Positions 32,868 to 41,317 of a stretch of 52,185 bases of DNA are shown here, piece after piece (position 1 is the first letter of the stretch; each line of letters starts with the position of its first letter). The notes under the pieces are model-generated. The model did not search any database, was not told where the DNA came from, and saw only the letters and a program-made list of their open reading frames with translations. The translations under genes and the position numbers were made by a program. Source of the stretch: a virus; the IMG/VR virus record IMGVR_UViG_3300045996_002710, positions 1 to 52,185 of that record; one strand, given 5' to 3'.

Positions 32868-33893
32868 CTACTCCTTCTCCATGAGCCGCATCAGCGCGGC
32901 GGCGTTGTTGTCGAACGTGCGGTCTTGCACTGCCGTGCGCGCCGCGAGGGCGAGTTCGGCACGCTGGTCGGGGTGGTCGAGGTAGTAGCGGAGCAGCGCG
33001 GACGCTTCCTCCGGCGACCCGAAGCGGGGCAGCATGTGCAGGACCTCGTCGCCCTCGCCGCGCGGGTCCCGCAAGAAAAACGCGCCGCACGCCGCGAGCT
33101 CAAGCTCCCGCGGGCCCATCGACCAGCCGGCCGACAGCTCGGGACGGTTCGCCTCGCGCCGGTAGAGGTTCATGCACACCGCGGTGGAGCGGTAGATGGC
33201 GGCGGCGTCCTCGTTGTCGAGGCACTCCTCAACGTCGCCGGGGACGTACTTCCGCAGCGGCGAATCCTCGGCGAGGCGCTGCCAGTTGCCGGCGAGGAGC
33301 ACGTCGATGCCGTCGAGGTTCATCTGCTCGAGGAAGTGGATCCGCGACTCGTAGCCGGTGCCGACGAAGCTGAAGTCGCAGGCCAGCATCGGGTCGGCCG
33401 GACCTGGGTGGTGGATCGACGGCCGGTACGCCTTCGGCATGTAGACCGTGCGCGTGAGCGCCCGCAGCGCGGCGAGGTTCGTCGGGTCGTCGGCCAGCAC
33501 CAGGTCGACGTGCGGCGCCAGCTTCAGGTGCCGATCGTGCTCGTACGGCTCCTCGGTGCACAGCAGCACGACCTTCGTACCGTCGCGGCGCGCCTGCTCG
33601 AGCACGTCGGTGTCGGTAAAGAACCCGCTGACGATGAACAGGACGTCCGGCCGGATCTTCCACAGCGCCGCGGCCAGCCGGTCGACGGCGAGGTGGGTCG
33701 CCTGCTCGCCGGTAAGGGCCTTCCGGAACGTGTCGGGTCCGGCCTGCAGCAGGACGTTGTCGTAGAAGGTGAGCGCGTCGCCGAGCGGGAACGGTGCGAC
33801 CTTCTCACCGGCGGCGCGGAGCGCCTCGAGCCAGCCGGCGTACGTGTCGTGCACGCTGAACGCGGGCCCGGGATGGACAGCGAGCCACCTCAC
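32868..33893 (-). CDS. CgeB-type / GT1-like glycosyltransferase (341 aa) embedded in the neck module
   Basis: Trimmed to the GTG at 33893 (GTGA overlap). C-terminal RELELAACGAFFLRD...FGSPEEASALLRYYLDHPDQRAELALAARTAV resembles the Glyco_trans_1_2 (CgeB) family. Confidence 0.7.
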   Translation of the reverse strand: MRWLAVHPGPAFSVHDTYAGWLEALRAAGEKVAPFPLGDALTFYDNVLLQAGPDTFRKALTGEQATHLAVDRLAAALWKIRPDVLFIVSGFFTDTDVLEQARRDGTKVVLLCTEEPYEHDRHLKLAPHVDLVLADDPTNLAALRALTRTVYMPKAYRPSIHHPGPADPMLACDFSFVGTGYESRIHFLEQMNLDGIDVLLAGNWQRLAEDSPLRKYVPGDVEECLDNEDAAAIYRSTAVCMNLYRREANRPELSAGWSMGPRELELAACGAFFLRDPRGEGDEVLHMLPRFGSPEEASALLRYYLDHPDQRAELALAARTAVQDRTFDNNAAALMRLMEKE

Positions 33894-34312
33894 AGGAGCA
33901 CCTCCACGGGGAACTCGGCGCCGAGGTATCGGGTGGCGCCGTACGTGTAGGGGCCGGGGTTGCGGGGTTGGCCGAGGCGGGTGGAGTCGACGAGCCCGCC
34001 GAGGGTCGGGTCGGCGTTGACCGCGGCGACGAGCGATGAGGCGCCGGTCGGGGCGAGGAACGGTGTGAGGCGTGACCATGCGGCGCGGTTGTCGCCCCAC
34101 TGGACGAAGACGTTGACGATGAGGTCGAGGTCGGTGACGTCGCCCATGGCCACGTCGTAGTCGGCGATGCCACCTTCTCCCTCGCCGAGGGATACGACGA
34201 TCGCCGGGACCGTGCCGAGGTCGCCGGGCGGGAACGCGTGCCGTTTCGCCAGACCGTCGACGTCGACGAACCGGGCGGCGAGGGCTTCCATGACGTCGAG
34301 GAAGTCGGTCAT
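33890..34312 (-). CDS. Neck protein (head-closure/tail-terminator class, 140 aa)
   Basis: ATGA-coupled directly after the head-tail adaptor. Confidence 0.55.
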   Translation of the reverse strand: MTDFLDVMEALAARFVDVDGLAKRHAFPPGDLGTVPAIVVSLGEGEGGIADYDVAMGDVTDLDLIVNVFVQWGDNRAAWSRLTPFLAPTGASSLVAAVNADPTLGGLVDSTRLGQPRNPGPYTYGATRYLGAEFPVEVLL

Positions 34313-35202
34313 GCGACGAGCACCGCGTCACGCCGGTACGGCTTGAGAAACTTCAGCGCCCGGGCGTTCTCGCCGACCTGAACGGTGAACTCGCCCTCGC
34401 CGGCGACGCCGAACGGGCTGTCCTTGAGCCGGAACGTGTCGGCGGCGATGATCCGGGCAGCGGTCCGGATGGCCGGCGGGACCTTCGGCCAGCCCCACAC
34501 GCCGGTGATCTGGACGGTGTCGAGGCGTCCCTGCGTACCGGTCGGGAAGGTGCCGGTGGTGAGGACGAGCTCGTCGTACGGGCGCCGCTCGGGCGCCGCG
34601 CCCGGGTTGTAGGGCAGGAGCCGGTAGCCGCCGCTGAGGGTGGTGGCGAACGTCCCGTCGCCGGCGGTGTCCGTCTTGACGGCGGACGCCGACACGAGGT
34701 CGCAGAACGCGGGCAGCCGCACCGTGGTGTAGCAGTCGGCCGGCTCGAACGTCCGCGCCTCTGAGAGGCCACGCCAGAACACCCGGTCGCAGTGCGTCTC
34801 GATCCACCGTGACGCGGCGAAGCATGCGGCGTGCAGCTCGTCGTCGTCCTCGGTGGAGTCGATCGACAGCCGCGACTTCAGGGTGGACACGGGGCAGTAC
34901 AGGTGCCCGAGCTGGGTCTCCTGGACGTCCCAGGTGCCGACCTCGGTGTCGACCGCGGTGCCGGTACCGACCCATTCGTAGGTCCAGGTGCCGTCCTCGC
35001 TGCAGGCGATGTCCTTGCGGTAGACGCCCGTTCCGGTGCGGGTGATCTCCGCCGCGGCGTACGTGTAGGTCGTTTCCGCGCCGAGCGGGTCGGTGATGAT
35101 CAGCGACACTGTCGTCGGGTCGGTTGCTGTGCCGCTGACCGTGAAGGTGTTCGAGACCGTCGCCAGTTCGGACGCCGAGGAGAAGAACACGCTGGCGCTC
35201 AC
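34309..35202 (-). CDS. Head-tail adaptor (gp6-like) with an N-terminal Ig-like domain (297 aa)
   Basis: Trimmed to the GTG at 35202 (GGAGGTG upstream, GTGA overlap). LKSRLSIDSTEDDDELHAACFAASRWIETHCDRVF matches the gp6-like connector motif. Confidence 0.75.
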   Translation of the reverse strand: MSASVFFSSASELATVSNTFTVSGTATDPTTVSLIITDPLGAETTYTYAAAEITRTGTGVYRKDIACSEDGTWTYEWVGTGTAVDTEVGTWDVQETQLGHLYCPVSTLKSRLSIDSTEDDDELHAACFAASRWIETHCDRVFWRGLSEARTFEPADCYTTVRLPAFCDLVSASAVKTDTAGDGTFATTLSGGYRLLPYNPGAAPERRPYDELVLTTGTFPTGTQGRLDTVQITGVWGWPKVPPAIRTAARIIAADTFRLKDSPFGVAGEGEFTVQVGENARALKFLKPYRRDAVLVA

Positions 35203-36536
35203 GTGACACCTCCGCTCGATGTGGCACGGGCCGTGACGGCCGCGGTGGAGGTCCGACCTGCGGAAACCGCGGACGAGCTGTCGACGGCCTCGGTGACCGC
35301 AGCGGTGGACGTGGCCCGGACCGGGTCGGTGCCCGGTGTCACGACCGTCGCGGTTGCGGTCAGCACTGCTACGGCGGTGAGCGTGGCCTGTGCGGCAGCG
35401 GCGACAGCGGCGGCCGCCGAGACGCTCGCCGTGGTCGTGAGTGCTGCTGCAGCGTCGGAAGGGCTGAGAACGTCGGCGGTGGCGGTGATGGTCGCCGTGA
35501 CGGTTGCCGCCGCGGTCGTGGGCCGGTCCGCCGCAGCGGCTGCCGTGAGCGTGGCGGTGACGGTCTGAGCGGCGGTCGTGGGTCGGTCGACGGCACCTGC
35601 CGCGGCGATCGAGGCAGTTGCGGTCACAGTGCCGGCTGCGGCCCGGTCGACCGCGGCCGCCGCCGTGCGGGTCGCGGTCGCTGTCACTACGGCAGCTGCC
35701 GCGGCCGTGACTGCGGCGGCTGCGGTGACCGTCGCCGTGATGGTCCGCGCTGCAGCTGCGGCCCGGTCGACGCTGCCGGCGGCTGTGAGCGTGGCTGTTG
35801 TCGTCGCGGCGGCGTCCGCGCTGTGCGTGGTGCCGCCGCCAGAGCGGCCGACCGCCACGCTCGCGCCGAGACCGTAGCTCCACACCGGCACCGAGGACGA
35901 CGCCACCGACGTGTTCGTGAGCGACGTCTGGTTGGCGCCGTTGCCGGTGAGGTCGATCATCGACTGGCCGGTGGCGTGCTGGTCGAGGAGCCACAGGCCG
36001 TCGGGCGCCATGCCCAGTGCGGCGAGCAGCGTGTAGGGCAGCTGCTCCCACTCGGGATCGGACAGTGCCCGCTTCACGGCGCCGTTGAGGAGGATGTCGC
36101 CGTTGAAGAAGTCGGTGGTCTGCCAGCGGCCGATTTGGATCCGGCCGCCGGTCAGGTCTGTCGAGTCGCCGCCGGTGCCCGCGGCGGCGTCCGCGTGCGT
36201 CCACGTATTGGTGTCGAACACATACTTGTGGCCGCGGGGAACCGAGGTGCCGGATGCCCGGCTGACGCCCGCGAGGACCCAGTTGTCGGAGGTGGTGATT
36301 CCGACGGTGGTGTCCTTGTTGCTGGTGCCGATGATCAGTTGGATGGTGTTGGTGTTCGAGAACTGCAGCGCCAACTTGGAGCTGTTCGCCGATGTCTCGA
36401 TGCTCAACGGGGTGTGCCAGGCGCCGTTCGCGCCGCGGCGGCAGATCGTCCACAGGGAGTGCCCGGACGAGCCGATCCCGACGAGCCCGCCGATGCTGCC
36501 GGTGATGTAGTCAGCGCCGGCGAAGGTGCGGGCCAT
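35199..36536 (-). CDS. LamG/ConA-like jelly-roll domain protein with an approximately 220-aa Ala/Thr tandem-repeat C-terminus (445 aa)
   Basis: N-terminal W..AGVSRASG..HKYVFDTNTW..IGRW..FFNGDI..RALSDPEWEQL pattern. C-terminal repeats of the form VDRxxxAAxTVTATxTAAAA. Confidence 0.75.
   Translation of the reverse strand: MARTFAGADYITGSIGGLVGIGSSGHSLWTICRRGANGAWHTPLSIETSANSSKLALQFSNTNTIQLIIGTSNKDTTVGITTSDNWVLAGVSRASGTSVPRGHKYVFDTNTWTHADAAAGTGGDSTDLTGGRIQIGRWQTTDFFNGDILLNGAVKRALSDPEWEQLPYTLLAALGMAPDGLWLLDQHATGQSMIDLTGNGANQTSLTNTSVASSSVPVWSYGLGASVAVGRSGGGTTHSADAAATTTATLTAAGSVDRAAAAARTITATVTAAAAVTAAAAAVVTATATRTAAAAVDRAAAGTVTATASIAAAGAVDRPTTAAQTVTATLTAAAAADRPTTAAATVTATITATADVLSPSDAAAALTTTASVSAAAAVAAAAQATLTAVAVLTATATVVTPGTDPVRATSTAAVTEAVDSSSAVSAGRTSTAAVTARATSSGGVT
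35230..35860. repeat. Imperfect in-frame tandem repeats (GC-rich, Ala/Thr codons) inside 35199..36536
   Basis: Recurring gtcgaccg(g/a)(g/c)cc...acggcgacggtcaccgc-type units. They generate long shadow ORFs on both strands. Confidence 0.7.
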
Positions 36537-36539
36537 CGG

Positions 36540-36818
36540 CTACTGCCCTTCGATGACGGTCCTTCCGGCCCGCCACCAGCACACCAGGGCGAGCAGTGCC
36601 GCTTTCTGGTTGGCGGTCGCGGCCGTGCGGAAGGCGACGTTGAGAGCGGCGTTGAACGACGTCGCAGGCACCGACGAACCGGCGGATTCCGCCCAGTCGT
36701 CGACGTTGTCGACCGCGGTCCGCAGCACGCTCTTCACGAACGCGCACGGCTCCCCGACGACGGTGCGCATGAACGCCCGGGCGACCGCGTCCCTCTGCTG
36801 GGTTGTGAGTACCGCCAT
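36540..36818 (-). CDS. Hypothetical structural-module protein (92 aa)
   Basis: Minus-strand ORF between structural genes. Confidence 0.6.
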   Translation of the reverse strand: MAVLTTQQRDAVARAFMRTVVGEPCAFVKSVLRTAVDNVDDWAESAGSSVPATSFNAALNVAFRTAATANQKAALLALVCWWRAGRTVIEGQ

Positions 36819-36828
36819 GGCCCGCTCC

Positions 36829-37350
36829 CTACGTGGTCGTGTAGGTGAGAGCGGCCCCGACGAACTCGGCGTCGCCGGTTGCGGTGTCGCCGCCGGCGGC
36901 GCCCTGCCGGGCGATCCGGACGACGACGAAGTCCCCGGCGGCGACGCTGTCGGCGTTCGTCATCGTGATGCTCGCCTCGTCGAGGTGGCCGGCCGTGCCG
37001 GGCACGGTGACGGTGGCGGTGTTCGCGGTGGCGAAGACCTTCGCGTCGACGTCGGTGCTGTCGCCGTCGGTGACCGCGGCGATTGACCCGGCCCAGATGA
37101 CGTCGCCGGTCGTCGCTGACGCCATCTTGTACTGGACCTTCAGCACCGGAGCTGACGCGTAGTCGGCCGGCATCCGGAACGACCAGCTGGCCCATTCCTC
37201 GGTGGCCGCGTCGAACCACAGCTCCAGGAAGTACGGCGCCGGCGCGCTGCCGGACGACTTGCGGCGCTGCAGGGCCGGCGCGAGGTTCGTCGCCGAGCCG
37301 TCCGGCAGCACGGCGCCGCCGACGGGCAGGAGGATCGTCCCGGTGGCCAT
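36829..37350 (-). CDS. Hypothetical virion-module protein (173 aa; beta-rich, possible decoration protein)
   Basis: High-GC3 ORF in the head/neck module. No family recognised. Confidence 0.6.
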   Translation of the reverse strand: MATGTILLPVGGAVLPDGSATNLAPALQRRKSSGSAPAPYFLELWFDAATEEWASWSFRMPADYASAPVLKVQYKMASATTGDVIWAGSIAAVTDGDSTDVDAKVFATANTATVTVPGTAGHLDEASITMTNADSVAAGDFVVVRIARQGAAGGDTATGDAEFVGAALTYTTT

Positions 37351-37353
37351 GCG

Positions 37354-37746
37354 CTACGCCGCGATCGGCGTGAACGCGAACGTCAGCGACGTCAGGTTCA
37401 ACGTGTCACCGTTCGTGATCGACTTCGACGACGTCAGCGCGACGGAGAACAGGAAGTTCCCGGCGGAGATGTTGTCCCACACACTGATGTGCGAGATGGT
37501 CTCCGAGCCGGCCGACCAGCTGGTCCAGGACGGCAGCGTCGAGGTGATCGCCTTCGACCCTGCCGAGGCAGCCGACCACGTGAGCGCCTTGCGCGTCGTC
37601 TCGGCGGAGGCGTTCGATGTGCCGGCCGAGCCGGGGTCGCCGGTGTGGAGCTTTACGTTCGCTGACGACGGCGCGGTGAACGCCGTTCCGGCGAGCATGT
37701 CCAGCCACTTGTTGGCGAGGTTGACCGCGTGCAGGCCGACCGTCAT
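37354..37746 (-). CDS. Hypothetical virion-module protein (130 aa)
   Basis: VKLHTGDPGSAGTSNA...SHISVWD...GDTLNL pattern recurs in phage structural regions. Function unknown. Confidence 0.6.
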   Translation of the reverse strand: MTVGLHAVNLANKWLDMLAGTAFTAPSSANVKLHTGDPGSAGTSNASAETTRKALTWSAASAGSKAITSTLPSWTSWSAGSETISHISVWDNISAGNFLFSVALTSSKSITNGDTLNLTSLTFAFTPIAA

Positions 37747-37850
37747 GACTGCTGCTCCTCGGGCTCTTCGGTGTGCTCGGTTTCAGGCGGGTCGCCGGGG
37801 ATGACTTCCGCCGAGGCGGAGATCGTGAGTTCCCACCGCGTGTCGGGCAT
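37743..37850 (-). CDS. Small acidic protein (35 aa; below the ORF-track cutoff)
   Basis: My own translation: MPDTRWELTISASAEVIPGDPPETEHTEEPEEQQS. ATGA overlap with the next gene. Confidence 0.4.
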   Translation of the reverse strand: MPDTRWELTISASAEVIPGDPPETEHTEEPEEQQS

Positions 37851-37852
37851 GG

Positions 37853-38428
37853 TCACCACCGATCGGGTCTGCCGCGGGTTGATCCCGGGGCGAGGTTCCA
37901 CCGCCACGTCTTCTGCGGCAGGTGGTAGAAGCGGGCACCTTGTCGGTGCATGGCCAGCCACAGGCCCCAGTCCTCGCACGGGTCTCCGTGCTCGTCGGGG
38001 CGTGCCTGGAAGCCGCCGGCCTCGCGCACGAGCGCGGTTCGGGCGAGGACGGTGACGGGGATGAAGTTCCGCCGCTGCAGCAGGTCGCCGTCGAACGGGA
38101 TCCCGAAGCACCCGACCGGGTCGTCGCCGCCGGCCGTGTCGTAGCCCGGGTAGACGACGTCAGCGCCGTTGAGCCGCGCCGCCCGCGCGCACAGGCGCAG
38201 GTGGTCCGGGTACAGCTCGTCGTCGTCGTCGAGGAACGCGACCCATTCGGTGTCCACTGCCTCGAGGGCGCGGTTGCGGGTCGCGGCCGCGCCCTCTCGG
38301 TCGGCGTCGAGTTGCGCCAGGATTCGGTGCGGCTTGAGCGTCTGCGTCTGCGCGCTCTGCAGCGCCCGTGCGAACGGTCCGTCGCACCCGGTTCGCGGCT
38401 CGATCGTCGGGATGGCGACCGTGATCAC
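37853..38428 (-). CDS. GT2-family (GT-A fold) glycosyltransferase (191 aa)
   Basis: ITVAIPT N-terminus and the FLDDDDE DxD motif. GTGA overlap with the epimerase stop. Confidence 0.8.
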   Translation of the reverse strand: MITVAIPTIEPRTGCDGPFARALQSAQTQTLKPHRILAQLDADREGAAATRNRALEAVDTEWVAFLDDDDELYPDHLRLCARAARLNGADVVYPGYDTAGGDDPVGCFGIPFDGDLLQRRNFIPVTVLARTALVREAGGFQARPDEHGDPCEDWGLWLAMHRQGARFYHLPQKTWRWNLAPGSTRGRPDRW

Positions 38429-39300
38429 GGTGTGAGCGCCCGGGCGACGCCCTCCTCGAGGGACACCTGCGGCTTGTAGATCGCGTGGAAGCGGGCCGGG
38501 TCACCGACCCGGTACGCGACACCCGCGGGCTTGTCGGTGCGGAGCTCGATGTCGGGTGCGTAGCCAGCCTCGTCACAGAACAGCCCGACCAGCTCGGCCA
38601 TGGACGTGCCGACACCGGTGCACAGGTTGACCGGTTCCCGGACGTCCTGCTCGACGACGGCGAGGGCACCGTTGATGACGTCGGAGACGTGGATCCAGTC
38701 GCGGACCTGCGTCCCGTCGCCCCAGATGACGAACGGGTCCTCGCGGCGGCGGGCCCGGGCTGCGAACGCCCCGAACGGCCAGTTCTCGCCCTGCGTCTCG
38801 CCGTAGCCGCTGAACGGCCGGACGATGTGCGTCGGCAGGCCGGCCGCGTTGGCGTCGATCGCCATCCGCTCGCCGGTGAGCTTCAGCCAGCCGTAGCCGG
38901 CGTCAGGGTACTTGGGGTGCTCGAGGTCGATGTCCACCTCGGACAACGCACGCACGAACGGCAGCGTCTGGACTGCGGTCGGGTACGCCGCTGAGCTGCT
39001 GATGTACAGGACCCGCTTCTGCCCGGTCCGGTGTGCCCAGTCGAACATGCCCGCGTCGAGCGCGAGGTTGGTTGCGAGGTGCATCGGTTTGCCGTCGATC
39101 GCTGCCCGGTGGGGTTCAACGGCGGCGCAGTGCACGACGAGGTCGAACACCGTGCCGACGCAGAGCCGGTCGGCGAAGATCTGGCCGGCGTCGAGCCCGA
39201 GCCGGGTGTCGGAGCGCATCACCTGGTAGCCGCGGGCCTGCAGCTCGCGGGTGAAGTGGCTGCCGAGGAGCCCGGCGGCGCCGGTGACGAGGGCTCTCAC
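38425..39300 (-). CDS. NAD-dependent sugar-nucleotide epimerase/dehydratase (extended SDR, 291 aa)
   Basis: VTGAAGLLGS Rossmann motif, SSSAAY and catalytic YGWLK (YxxxK). Trimmed to the GTG at 39300 (GTGA overlap). Confidence 0.85.
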   Translation of the reverse strand: MRALVTGAAGLLGSHFTRELQARGYQVMRSDTRLGLDAGQIFADRLCVGTVFDLVVHCAAVEPHRAAIDGKPMHLATNLALDAGMFDWAHRTGQKRVLYISSSAAYPTAVQTLPFVRALSEVDIDLEHPKYPDAGYGWLKLTGERMAIDANAAGLPTHIVRPFSGYGETQGENWPFGAFAARARRREDPFVIWGDGTQVRDWIHVSDVINGALAVVEQDVREPVNLCTGVGTSMAELVGLFCDEAGYAPDIELRTDKPAGVAYRVGDPARFHAIYKPQVSLEEGVARALTP

Positions 39301-39848
39301 CTGCACCCCCAGATGCCGAACTCGTACTCGCCGCCGCCGGGGCGCATGTCGAGACCCGCGTACACGGCGACGGTGAACCCGGCCTCGCCGAGCATCTCTT
39401 CGACGTCCCTGCGGGACCACGCCCAGTAGTGCTCCGGGTTGTGGTCGCCCCAGCAGTCGACGGGTGTGGACAGGATCAGCGCCTGCGTCTTCGGCCGGAT
39501 CGACCGGAGCACGAGGTCGGGGTCGTCGACGTGCTCGAGCGTCTCGGTGCACACGAACAGGTCCACGTCGGGGATCTCGTGGATCGTCTGCTCGATCGGC
39601 CCGTGGAACGGGTAGCCGGGTGCGTAGTCGCCGAGGTACATGGTCGGCACGCCGAGCGCTTTGAGCGTCGCGCCGTCGCCGCAGGACAGGTCCGCGGCGG
39701 TGGAGACGCGCCCGACGAGGGCGTGTGCCAGCTGGACGGTGACCGCGATCCGGACCTTGTGGTCGTTCCAGCGGGTGTGGTCGTGCGGGCGGGCGTAGAT
39801 CTCGGCGAGTTTCGCGTCGTCGTACGGGCCGCGGAGCCGCTGCTTCAC
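39297..39848 (-). CDS. Class I SAM-dependent methyltransferase (183 aa)
   Basis: DLSCGDG motif I and CTETLEHV. Trimmed to the GTG at 39848 (GTGA overlap). Confidence 0.8.
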   Translation of the reverse strand: MKQRLRGPYDDAKLAEIYARPHDHTRWNDHKVRIAVTVQLAHALVGRVSTAADLSCGDGATLKALGVPTMYLGDYAPGYPFHGPIEQTIHEIPDVDLFVCTETLEHVDDPDLVLRSIRPKTQALILSTPVDCWGDHNPEHYWAWSRRDVEEMLGEAGFTVAVYAGLDMRPGGGEYEFGIWGCR

Positions 39849-40429
39849 GGCTTCACCGCCAGGAGCACCTGGAACGGGCCGACAGCCTCGTGCCTCTGGA
39901 CGGCGAATCCGCCCTGCCTGACCAGATCGGCGTAGCCGTCGAAATCGAACGCCCACGTGTGGAACTCGTACGCGTGACCCGGTCGTTCCTGCCACGGCGA
40001 GGAGCAGACGAGGACGTCAGCGTGCTCGGCGATGGTGCGGACGAACGCGTGCGGGTCGACGAGGTGCTCGAGCATCTCCGTGGCGACGGCGATGCTGCCC
40101 CATTCGAGGGTGTCGGTGAGGACGTCGCCGTGCCGGACGTCAACACCGCGGCCCTTCGCGGCCTCGATGTTCGCCGGTGCGAGGTCGTACCCCCAGCCGC
40201 GGATCCGCGGGCCGAGCAGCGACAGCAGCCCGCCGTCGCCGGCACCGAGGTCGACGAGCGTGTTGAGCCGCCGCGTGAACGCGGCCTGCCCGACGAGCTC
40301 GGCGGAGCGGATGAGCCGGGCCCGGTGCGCTTCCTGCTCGAGGTGCGGCGCGGTCTCCCGGCCGTTGTACCACTCGGCGGTCGTGAACTCGGGGATGGTG
40401 CCTTCGGGAAACAGCCGCCACTGGCTCAT
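39845..40429 (-). CDS. Class I SAM-dependent methyltransferase (194 aa)
   Basis: VDLGAGDG motif I and ATEMLEHL. ATGA overlap. Confidence 0.8.
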   Translation of the reverse strand: MSQWRLFPEGTIPEFTTAEWYNGRETAPHLEQEAHRARLIRSAELVGQAAFTRRLNTLVDLGAGDGGLLSLLGPRIRGWGYDLAPANIEAAKGRGVDVRHGDVLTDTLEWGSIAVATEMLEHLVDPHAFVRTIAEHADVLVCSSPWQERPGHAYEFHTWAFDFDGYADLVRQGGFAVQRHEAVGPFQVLLAVKP

Positions 40430-41136
40430 GCGGCACCTCGCAGTGCACGGACCTTGGCGATGTCCGCGGCGAGCTCATCGGTGAACGCGGCGTACGCCTG
40501 GCCGTCCCGCTCGTACATGCCGCCGTCGTTGACGCGCACGTACCCGGCGTCCATCGCCGCTTTGCCGGCGAACGGGTGCCGGTGTTCGACGACGACGTCC
40601 GGGAGGTAGCGGATGCAGTCGGCGCCGCGGCCGAGGTCGAGCCAGTAGTTGTCGACGAAGAGGTGGGTGAGGACGGGCGGCGCCATGTAGCCGAGCGCCT
40701 TGACGATGTCGGCGGTCATGGCGACCTGCGTCGGGATCCGCTCGCCCTGCAGCAGGTCGTTGCCGTAGACGATGCCGGTGCCGAGGCCGTGGAGGGCCTT
40801 GAGGTAGGCGGTGTCCCAGCCGACGGTCCGCGGGCAGTGGTCGTCGCCCATGAACCCGACCGCGAACGGTGCGTGGTCGTCGTCGACGAGCATCTCCGCC
40901 GCACCGTTGAGCGCTTCCACCATCGAAGTGCTTGGGCCCGTGCCGTAGCCGATGGCCTGGCCCGTCCGGTGCTCGGCGTCCACCGCAGTCTTGTATGCGG
41001 GCAATGCTGGGTCGCTGTTGTCCACGACGAACAGGAGCACCGTGTCGGCGGTGCACGTCGCCCGGAAGGCCTGCGCGAGCTCGGGCACGGCGGCCGGCCG
41101 CTCGCGCGTGGGGACGATGACGATGAGGTCAGCCAC
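40426..41136 (-). CDS. Glycosyltransferase (GT-A-like, 236 aa)
   Basis: LIVIVPTRERP N-terminus, VVDNSD and MGDDH acidic motifs. Trimmed to the GTG at 41136 (GTGGCTGA overlap). Confidence 0.7.
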   Translation of the reverse strand: MADLIVIVPTRERPAAVPELAQAFRATCTADTVLLFVVDNSDPALPAYKTAVDAEHRTGQAIGYGTGPSTSMVEALNGAAEMLVDDDHAPFAVGFMGDDHCPRTVGWDTAYLKALHGLGTGIVYGNDLLQGERIPTQVAMTADIVKALGYMAPPVLTHLFVDNYWLDLGRGADCIRYLPDVVVEHRHPFAGKAAMDAGYVRVNDGGMYERDGQAYAAFTDELAADIAKVRALRGAA

Positions 41137-41317
41137 GGCGACCACGCCGCTTCGGCTGCTCGGCCTCGACGCCCTCGGGTGCACGCGCGGTGAACCGTTC
41201 CGGCATGTCCTGGACGATCTGGTCGGCGGTGTCGTACTCGTCGCCGGCGTTCAGAGCGACACTCCGGCCGTTCCAGCCGACGAACCCGTAGTCGCCGGCG
41301 ACGTAGACCTTGCTCAT
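41129..41317 (-). CDS. Small hypothetical protein inside the glycosylation cassette (62 aa)
   Basis: ATGA overlap upstream. High GC3. Confidence 0.55.
   Translation of the reverse strand: MSKVYVAGDYGFVGWNGRSVALNAGDEYDTADQIVQDMPERFTARAPEGVEAEQPKRRGRRG

Noticed and set aside
35230-35860. Repetitive DNA that might have been a CRISPR array or a non-coding satellite
   Set aside because: The repeats are imperfect, contiguous with no unique spacers, in frame, and translate to a continuous Ala/Thr repeat within a clear ORF.
34309-36453. 714-aa minus-strand ORF spanning the adaptor gene and most of the LamG gene
   Set aside because: Only the last 297 codons (from the GTG at 35202, with GGAGGTG RBS and GTGA overlap) look protein-like. 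The upstream 417 codons are Arg/His/Gly/Pro-rich shadow of the real frame 35199..36536.
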